Source: Camelus dromedarius (Eukaryota). From it: DNA of 64,000 nucleotides. The stretch lies in contig NC_087436.1 in the NCBI RefSeq assembly GCF_036321535.1, positions 70,248,001 through 70,312,000 on the forward strand. Direction: 5' to 3'. The notes beneath the pieces were generated by a model. That model made no database searches, was not told where the DNA came from, and worked only from the letters and a program-made list of their open reading frames with translations. Within the stretch, counting starts at the first letter, position 1. Every line of letters begins with the position of its first letter. Below are positions 55,301 to 64,000 of the stretch, piece after piece. Both the position numbers and the translations under genes were made by a program.

Positions 55301-56390
55301 TACAAAAAAAGGTATAGCTAACACTATACTTGGTAATGAAATGTTGAAGTTTTTTTCCTCAGATTAGGAAAAAGTTAAGGAACCACCACTCTACTGGAAT
55401 CTTAGCCAATGCAGTAAGGCAGGAAAAAGAATAAAAGATGACTGGAAAGGAAGAAAGAACATTTATGCTTATTATAGCCAATATGAATGAATGTTGAAAA
55501 ACCAAAAGACCAAGATTGTTATTACTACACCATGATTAATATTACCAATAGGTAATTTTAATAAACTTGTTGGCTCTAAGGTCAATATAAAAAATTATGA
55601 ATAGCATCAAAAATATCAAAAACCAAGGAATAACAGTTTTCCAGTGAAACATTTGAAAAACTATTCCTTTATGATTGGTGCTTTTGTGCTTTTCTTAAGA
55701 AATATATCCATGCCAAAGTTCACGGAAATATTTTTCTCTGCTTTTAAACTTTATTGTCTTGTCACATTTAGATGTATGATCCACTTGGAATTGCTTTTTG
55801 GGTATGCTGTGAGTGAAGGGTCAAGTTTTATTTTCTGTAGAGATAACCAGTAGATTCATAGCTATTTATGAGAGGACTGTCCTTTGCCTATTGTTCTGCA
55901 GTGACGGCTTTATTATAAATCAAGTGTTTCTTCTATGTTTACATCTGTTTCTGTTCTCAGTTTTGTTCCATTGGTCTACTAAGTCCACACTGTTTTATTC
56001 ATTGTGCTTTATAATTTTTGGTATGCACCTTGTCCTTTTTTAAGAATGCGTTGGATATTCTTAGCTCTTTGCATTGTCACTTTAATTTTAGCTTTTTTGA
56101 TGGCTATAGAATGGCATTCCACTGTCATTTAAATTTTCAGTTCCATGATTGCCAACATCTTTTCATATGCTTTTTGACCGTCTGGAAACTTCTTTTGTGA
56201 CATGTAAGTTCAAAACTGTCACATTTTTTACTGGGTTGCCTTTTTCTTAGTTATCTATATTAGTTTTTTATATATTCTGAATTCAAGATTTTTATTGATT
56301 ATATGTGTTGCAAATAATTTCTCCCACTCTGTGCTTTCCTTTTTACTCCCTTAAGGGAGTCACTTAATAAACAGAAGCTCCTAAGTTTTG
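52340..56390. mobile_element. Old degraded L1M ORF2 (+ strand to ~55630, then - strand pieces)
   Basis: Endonuclease and RT-like remnants (gaagaaatagacaaatccac, aatcatatgatcatctcaata, cttagccaatgcagtaaggcag), followed by T-rich antisense L1 motifs. Confidence 0.75.
53778..54900 (+). mobile_element. Younger 5'-truncated L1 nested in the old L1
   Basis: ORF track 53893..54126 is L1 ORF2-like; 3' UTR and poly(A) present; degenerate TSD aacaccaatcttatta / aaccccagtcttacta. Confidence 0.9.
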
Positions 56391-56532
56391 TGAGCCAAAT
56401 ATTTGTTTGTATGCTTTTCACCTGTTCTTTGTTGAGGAAAGAACAGTGATCTAAGATTCTGCTTGGATAAAAGATTCTGCTTGAGTAAAAGTAAAATTTA
56501 ATTTTTATTTATTATGTATATTTGCTTTGCAG

Positions 56533-56626
56533 CTGTAGATTTCTTCAATCAGATCAACATGCTGTATGGAACAATCACAGATTTTTGTACTGAAGAAAGT
56601 TGTCCGGTGATGTCAGCAGGCCCAAA
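56533..56626 (+). CDS. MOB1B: MOB1B coding exon 3 ([32 protein letters not shown])
   Basis: tttgctttgcAG acceptor and donor GTAAGA at 56627; 94 nt, phase-compatible with both neighbours. Contains the Zn ligands C79 and C84. Confidence 0.98.
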
Positions 56627-57089
56627 GTAAGACATGATTCATGATCACTTCTCATTTTTACTTTATCTTTGTTTGTTCTATTTTTCTAGTTACTTTCAGT
56701 GTAAGCATACATTATTTGAGGATTTTCTTATTTTCTTAACATAGGCTTGTATTGCTATAAACTTTGCTCTGAGAACTGCTTTTGCTTCATCCCTTATATT
56801 TTGGGTCATTACGTTTTTGTTTTCATTTATCTCCAGGTATTTTTTTAATTTCCTCTTTGATTTCTTCAGTGATCCATTGCTTATTGGGTAGCATGTTGTT
56901 TAGATTCCACCTATTAGTGTTTTTTGCAGTTTTTCTCTAGTATTTGATGTATGGTCTTACACCATTTTTGTTGAAAATGATACTTGATATGATTTCAGTA
57001 TTTTAAAATACATTGAGATTTTTGTTGTGGCCTAGCATGTGATCTATTCTGGAGAATGTTCCATGTACACTCAAAAAAGACTGTTTGGG

Positions 57090-57292
57090 ATAGACTGGGA
57101 TTTCAAAATTGTAGAATAGACTACACTGTATAGCACAGGGAAATACACACAAAATGTTATGATAACTCACAGAGAAAAAAATGTGACAATGAGTGTGTAC
57201 ATGTCCACGAATAACTGAAAAATTGTGCTGAACACTGGAATTTGACACAACATTGTAAAATGATTATAAATCAATAAAAAATGTTAAAAAAA
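57090..57292 (+). mobile_element. Young short L1 3' end with a perfect 17-bp TSD
   Basis: AAAAAAGACTGTTTGGG at 57073-89 and 57293-309; ends aatcaataaaaaatgtt plus poly(A). Confidence 0.92.
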
Positions 57293-57306
57293 AAAAAAGA
57301 CTGTTT

Positions 57307-57432
57307 GGGTGAGGGTATAGCTTAGTGGTAGAGTGCATTCTTAGCACGCATGAGGTCCTGTGTTCAAGCCCCAGTACCTCCATTAAAAAAATAAATAAAT
57401 GAATAAGTAACTACTTTCCCCCTCAAAAAAAA
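57307..57432 (+). mobile_element. tRNA-derived SINE (camelid Vic-type)
   Basis: A box tagcttagtgg (57318-28), B box gttcaagcc (57362-70), then ccagtacctccatt and an A-rich tail; homologous to 31719-31857. Confidence 0.88.
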
Positions 57433-59489
57433 GCCAAGAATTTTTTTTTTTAAATGTTTGTTTGGCTCGTTTTTTGATGTCTAATATTCTGGTCATTTAA
57501 GGCCAGTGTTTCCTTACTGATTTTCTGTCTGAATGATCTGTTCATTGATATAAATGGGATGTTACTGTCACTTATTAAGGTATTATTTTCAGTTTCTCCC
57601 TTTATGTCTGTGATTATTTGCTTTATGTATTTAGGTGCTTCTGTGGTGGATGCATATATATTTATAATGTGGTATCTTCATGTTGGATTGATCCCTTTAT
57701 CATGATGTACTGTGTCCTTCTTTGTCTCTTATTACAGTAATTTTTAAAAAATGTTTTATCTGATAAAAGTATTGCTACCCCAGCTTTCTTGTTGATTCCA
57801 TTTACACAGAAAACCTTTTTCCATATCCTTAATGTCAGTCTGTGTGTGTCTTTAGATCTGAAGTGAGTCTCTTGTAGGCAGTATATATATGGGTCTTGTT
57901 TCTGTATCTGTTTAGCCATTCTGTGTCTATTTTTTGGAGCATTTAGTTCACTTACATTTAAAATAATTATCAGTATATATGTACTTATTGACATGTTCAT
58001 GATTTTGGGTTGTTTTTGTATTTCTTTTTTGCTCCTTTCTTCTTTTGCTCTCTTCCCTTGTGTTTTGATGACTATCTTTAGTGTATGTTTGGATTCCTTT
58101 CTCTTTTTTGTGTATCTATTATAGATTTTTGATTTTTGCTTATCATGAGGTTCATATATAACAACCAAATATTTATATATATATAATATATATGATATAT
58201 AACATATATTGCAATCATATATATATAATTACTCTAAGTTGATGATCTCTTGAGTTTGAATGCATTATAACCACCCCTATGTTTTTACTCCCTTGCCTCC
58301 TAAGCATTTAATGGTTTTGATGTCATATTTTATATCTTTTTGTTTTGTGTATCCCTTAACTACTTATGGTAGATGTAGATGATTTTACTCCTTTTTTCTT
58401 TCAACCTTTCTGTTATCTTTATAAGTAGTTGATTTGCTATCTTTACTGTATGTTTACCTTTACCAATGAGATTTTCCCTTTCCTGATTTTCATTTCTAGT
58501 TGTGGCCTTTGCCTTTTCATTTAGAGACACCCTTTTAACATTTCTTGTAAAGCTAGTTTAGTGCTCCTGAACTCTTTTAGCTTTTGCTTGTCTGTGAAAC
58601 TCTTTATCTTTACTTCAAATCTGAATGGTAAACCTTGCCACGTAAAGTATTCTTGGTTGTAGGCCTTTTCTTTTATGACTTTGAATATATCATGCTCCTC
58701 CCTTCTGGCCACCAAAGTTTCTGCTGAGAATTTGGCTGATAGTCCTATGGGAGATCCCTTGTATGTAACTAGTTGCTTTTCTCTTGCTGCTTTTAGGATT
58801 CTTTCTTTATCTTTGATTTTTGCTATTTAATTATAATGCATCTGTGTGGTCCTCTTTGGGTTTATCTTGTTTGGAACTCTGTGCTTCCTGGACCTGGATG
58901 TCTGTTTCCTTCCCCAGGTTAGGGAGGTTTTCAGCTATATTTCTTCTAATAAATCTTTTGCCCCTTTTCTGTCTCTTTTCCTTCTGGGACCCCTGTAAGG
59001 AAATAAGTTTTAATTTTTAGTGCTGATTTTTTATAAAGTACATTTTCCCTCCCCCACACCGCAGTTATATCCAAGATTTAAATATTAAAACAAAACAACA
59101 AAATAAACTGCCCAAACTTACTGTTGCCTAGGAGTGTTACCATTAGAAGTAGTGACTTTGATTGCTCACCACATACTGTACTAATGTTTTCATTGCTCAT
59201 AATATTTTTGGTAGATTTAAATTGTAGTGTCAGAGTCAAATAACTACCCAAGAGATTTAGTTTTATTACTTAATAGTCCTGCTTTACTTTTTGACCAGTT
59301 CACATGTTGAACAAAGTATTACCTAGTTGGAGTAATCAACCTTATGCCACAGATTGATTCCAAATGAGTTTAGATGTTTCTCAGAATCCAGTCCTTTTTA
59401 AAAAGAATTGACTTTTTGCCATCATCAGTGATGTTCAGAATAATATGATTTGAATATTTCCTAAGGTAATTCTTTTGAAAAGGACTTGT

Positions 59490-60745
59490 TTTTAAACTGT
59501 TTCAAACTTTGAAAGTTCATATGGTTTTAAGTGTACAGAAAAGTTGCCAGAATAGCTCAACGAACTCCCATATCCCTTTCACCCCGGTTCCCCAGTTACA
59601 AACATAATTTACTATACCTGCTTCATCACCTACTCCCTCTAAATGTATACTCATTAACATTAATTTTTTTCTGAACCCTTTGAGCAAGTTGTATACATTA
59701 TGCCCCTTTACTCCTACATATTTCAGCTGTATTTTCCAAAAACAGGGATACACTTTGACATAACCAGAATATGAACCCTCCGGATCACTTCCTCCTGTCC
59801 ATAGACACCATTCACCATTCATCAGCAGCCTCAGCAACATCTCAGTTTTTCCTTTCTAGTCCAGGATCCTATCTAGGAGTATGTTCTACATTTATTTGAC
59901 TTATCTCTTCTGGTACCTTCAATCTAGAAGGGTTCCTCTGTCTTTCCCCATATTGGCTTTTGTACAGACAAGAGTTAACATTGCAATTCTGACTGCCATC
60001 TCTTTAAAGGCCTATTTACCAAGTTGACCCTTGGATGGCATCTGGGAACTTGGAATTTTGAAGAGTTCCTATCACCCTAACTGTTAAGAGTGGCTCTCTG
60101 TGCCATTTTTGTACATACAGTATAGGTTATGCTTTCCTTCTGAAGTGTGGAATTTTAGTATGTGCTATGCAGAGATGCCTATTTGACCATCCCCCAGTAA
60201 AAAACCCGGACATCGAGTCTCTAATAAGCTTCCCTGGTGGGAAGTATTTAACACGTGTCAATTTTCAGAGAATAAAGTGTGGCCTGTGTGATTCCACTGG
60301 GAGAAGACTCTTGGAAGCAAGTGTCTGGTTTCCTCTGGGCTTTGTCACTTTTGGTGATTTTGGTTTGTGTTCTTTCATTGTAATAAATCATAGCTGTGAG
60401 TATAGCCAGAAGCTGAGTTCTGTAAGTCCTCTTTGCAAATCACTGCACTTGGAGGTGGTTTTCAGGACCCCTGCTACAGTCTATCTGATGTTTCCTTATG
60501 ATCACATTCAGGCGGTGCATTTTTGGTGGAACACCACAGAAATGATACCTTCTTTGTCAGGGGACCATGTGAGGAGGCGTATACGTGGACCATCCCATCA
60601 CCATTGATGTTAATCCTGACTACCTTTTCATGTTAGTGTCTGCAAGTTTTCTTCACCTAAAATTTGTCATTTTTTCCCCTTTTGTAGTTGACTAGTATTT
60701 TACTGGGAGGTTTTTCTGATATTACACCAATATCCTGTTCCTGTG
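59490..60745 (-). mobile_element. Old L1 3' region (L1MC/ME-like), split by an LTR
   Basis: tacagaaaagttgccagaatagc...tctgaaccctttgag...ccaggatcctatctagga; resumes after 60478 with ctgatgtttccttatgatc. Confidence 0.7.
59961..60478 (+). mobile_element. ERV solo LTR (MER21-like)
   Basis: TG...CA termini; gagttaacat...ggcatctgggaacttgg...ccctaactgttaagagtggctc...gtaataaatcatagctgtgagtata. Confidence 0.8.
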
Positions 60746-63039
60746 AACTAGGAAGAATTACTGCCACTTAGAATACTGCCCTTGTCACTTTCCCCAGAGA
60801 AACGTTATCTAAATGGCTGGTGTAGGAGGAATGTACCTACATTTTCAGAAGTAACAGGCACGGGATCTCTATAGATACTACAAAAATGAGAAGTGATCTC
60901 CTTCCTTCCATCTCCCTAACTTCCTTTCTTTCCTCCCTCCACCTCTTCTTCTACCTGCCCTTCTTCCTTCCTTTTTTTTGAGGGGGGGGAGAGAGCCTTA
61001 ACTTTTGCCCATTGTTAGTGCTGAGAAGATGCAGCTGTTGCCGTGGTTTACCATCTTTACCAGCAGATGCTCAGGATTGTACCAAGGAGAAGTATTTGCC
61101 AATAGCTGGTTAAAAAAGCTGGTTAGCACTGGTTCCTTGCAAAGTGGTATTGAGTGATGGCTCATAGAATTTTTTCCTAGTTACTATTTATTATTATTAA
61201 CTAAGAAATGAATATTTTAGAATTTGCAGTTTATAAGTTCGTACCATGATAACAGAAATAAATTTCAAAGACAGTAGTCTGTCAGAGGTGGAATTAAAAA
61301 GTCAATGGGGGCAAAAGAGAGTTACAAGATGAAGTCATCTTAAGTATAAACATGACAAAAGAAAAAGAATCAGGGAATCACAGTTATAAACTCTAGAAGT
61401 ATAAGCAATATATTTTTGTTTTATTTTTCAAAAATCCTTAAGACATTGAAAATTGGTATTTTTTATAAAGCTTCAGGATATTGAAAATGATTTTTTTGAT
61501 TACTGTGTCTGCTTTTGATTTTTGCATTTAAAAATGACTATGGAACACCTGAGGATCATTAATAAAATGGAAAACATGATTATAAGGGAAAGGTAAAGAC
61601 ATTAAGGTTTCTTAACATAAGGGAGAAGACATGGGTGAGTTCCTGTCTTAAAGAGAAGAATAAGTAATGATAGTTAAAAGTCATGTTTTCTGTCTCCTGA
61701 GAGATTGAAACAAGAATGGGCTTAAGTCAGTCAAGACTTGTTTTATATTAGGAAGATTGTCTTGACTGGGAAAGTGATTAAATAGTGGAACAGGATGCCA
61801 AGAAATGTCAGGGAATCTCCACTTGGAGACCTTCAAAGTAGATTTGACTTGCATCCCTGTTGCCCAGGGTTGGCAATAAGGTATGCTGTTAGAAAGTTTA
61901 TTCATGTATATCCTGTTTAAGGTTTACTGTTCAAATGTAAGTAGCTATGATTAAATAGGAAGCATCCTTATTTGTCCTATTGCAAGATAATTTTCATTGT
62001 TCAAAATACCCTGTCATATTTTTCCATTATATTCCTTTCAGTTCCTTTACTAGGCTTACTCACCCATCATTATATCAGTTCAAACTCTGGGATGAGGCTA
62101 GAAAAACACAGTTGCTTCAAAGAGAGAAGCGAAGTGGGAGAGAGAGCCTTTCAGAAACTAAAAAACTAAATGCTAGTTCAGTTTAGACATTTTTATACTT
62201 TAGAGTTTTAGCTGCATGCTTATTTCTTATCTTAAAAATCAGGTTGGGTTGTGGTTGTGTGTGTGTGTTTGTATGTATGTGTATAATTTATTAGCATTCT
62301 GTTGTACTATTTTTACATGCTTATTTACAAGTTTGTCTTCTCTGTCTCTTCTCCTTGAGAGTAGAGAAAATGTCTTTTATCTTAGTGTCCCTTGTTCAAG
62401 AACAGTATTCCTTGACACAGTATTTCTCACATGGTAGGTGCACATTAAATGTTTATTATACCAAAGGACTGTGTTAGGTTAATACCCAAATACTATAGGC
62501 ATCTTTATTTGGGTTGCCAGTTTTCCTCAAAGGCATGTTTAGCTCCTCAACCAAATGTATTCAAATAAAATCATTCTCTTCTACATTCACCTTACTTTGA
62601 CATGTCTGTGTTATTCTCTATCCTTAACCCACAATTTAAAGCCCCAAGTTAAAAAGAATTGTACTGCCTAAAGAGAAATGATTTTTGAAGAAGAAAAATA
62701 ATCATAAAGATGGGAGGTAAAAAAGGTTTTCTACTATGGTAATTTATACTATGTGTGATTCTAAAATACAAATGCTATATATGAAGGAAAGCTCATAAAA
62801 AATGAATTTGATGGGATCTGCTTAGGTTGCATCCTGATAAATGCAGAACAGTCCAGTACCAATTTAAAAATGGCTAGATTTAAATGTCATATGCAAAAAA
62901 TCTTTTTTTGGAGGAGCAGATTGTTTAAAATATATCCTGAATACATTCATAATAAACATACATATGTAATTTAAAAAATATACATACTATGTATAGGTAT
63001 ATACTGATGGTCTGTGTGCTTTTTATCTTTCTACTACAG

Positions 63040-63173
63040 ATATGAGTATCATTGGGCAGATGGAACAAACATAAAGAAGCCTATTAAGTGCTCTGCACCA
63101 AAGTATATTGATTACCTGATGACTTGGGTTCAGGACCAGTTGGATGATGAGACATTATTTCCATCAAAAATTG
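63040..63173 (+). CDS. MOB1B: MOB1B coding exon 4 (YEYHWADGTNIKKPIKCSAPKYIDYLMTWVQDQLDDETLFPSKIG); the gene continues beyond the window
   Basis: Lies within ORF-track entry 63014..63208. Acceptor ctactacAG and donor GTATAA at 63174; 134 nt; typical Mob1 domain sequence. Confidence 0.97.
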
Positions 63174-64000
63174 GTATAACTGTTTTGTATAACTGGGATC
63201 CATCATGATTTATGTAATTTCACGCATTTCTAGGGCTTATTGGCTCTCTATTCCAGGAACCATGCTAAATTACCATACCTATCAAAATATTCCTAATGTT
63301 ATAAACTTTAAAGAGTCCTATCTTTTTCACACCAAGTTTGTCATGAACATTAAAGTAAACCTCCCTATAATTTTAAATGGTAAGGACTTCAGTGCATCTT
63401 GGATGGTAACAAATCTGGCCTGTGTTAGGAAAAAAAGAGACTAGACGTTGGATCATCTGCTGCAGTCATATCCATTTTTTTGTTTGGGAAGGGAGTTTAT
63501 ATGCCTTAAACCAGTTATATATTATTTTTATGGCAAAGAGGGTTTTTGTATTCATGACCCACAGTGTGAACCTTACAGACTGTGAAGTCAGGCTAGGTGA
63601 GAAGAAAACAAGAAGATTTGAGGGGTGAGCCTGTTATCAACTGAGTGACACTTGCTTTTTTAATATTTGTTCTTAAGGAGGACTGACCTTTCAAGTGGAA
63701 ATTGTTTACATTTAGAGAGTTCATATGATTTTACCATGTCAAACTCTTTACAACTTTGTTTTCTGAAAAAATTAGGAATTTGCCCTTCTTGACTTTTTGA
63801 CTGTATTTTATGCTTTTTTTAGTTTTGGGGAGAAGTATGTGGTGGAGGAGACAGCAGTGTAAATATTTGCTGTTATTATGGGTTGTTTTAAACACATTTA
63901 TTGAATGCTTTAACTATTTGAAGCTTTTGTAATAAAAGGTCTACTACTTTTCTACACTGCATTTCTTATATACATAGTAATGGTTTGGGATAAGTGCCCT

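Larger units (their letters stand above)
56660..58996 (-). mobile_element. L1 fragment (3' part of ORF1, spacer, ORF2 endonuclease domain)
   Basis: ORF track 57662..58168 (IYCLQETHFRSKDTHRL, KKAGVAILLSDK) and 58521..58715 (IKSFTDKQKLKEF). Confidence 0.92.

Noticed and set aside
57307..57382. tRNA gene (also 31785-31857 on the - strand)
   Set aside because: A and B boxes are present, but they are followed by a SINE body and A-rich tail and sit within or among other repeats, so these are SINE heads.
19162..63173. Assignment to MOB1A or a processed pseudogene
   Set aside because: Introns have canonical splice sites, the frame is intact, and the residues are MOB1B-type ([24 protein letters not shown]).

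Overview
Mammalian genomic DNA, AT-rich and dense in repeats. The tRNA-derived SINEs and young L1 3' ends look camelid (inference from recall, not a database search). The window holds the 5' part of MOB1B (Hippo pathway LATS/NDR co-activator) on the + strand: a CpG-island promoter (~18.6-19.7 kb) and four coding exons (19162-19175, 49571-49737, 56533-56626, 63040-63173). These splice in frame to give residues 1-136, and the gene runs past the window end. The rest is intergenic or intronic sequence with layered transposons (L1, L2, MIR, SINEs, MaLR/ERV LTRs, hAT MITEs). There are no prokaryotic systems or CRISPR arrays, and I found no clearly new biological system. The most notable observations are: a decayed counterpart of a recalled human alternative MOB1B N-terminal exon; inverted repeats bracketing exons 2-3, whose back-spliced circle would have a stop-free frame; a poly(A)-only retrotransposition scar; three L1 copies 5'-truncated at almost the same point; and a three-layer nested insertion. 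Repeat family names come from recognising consensus sequences by eye, and repeat boundaries are approximate.
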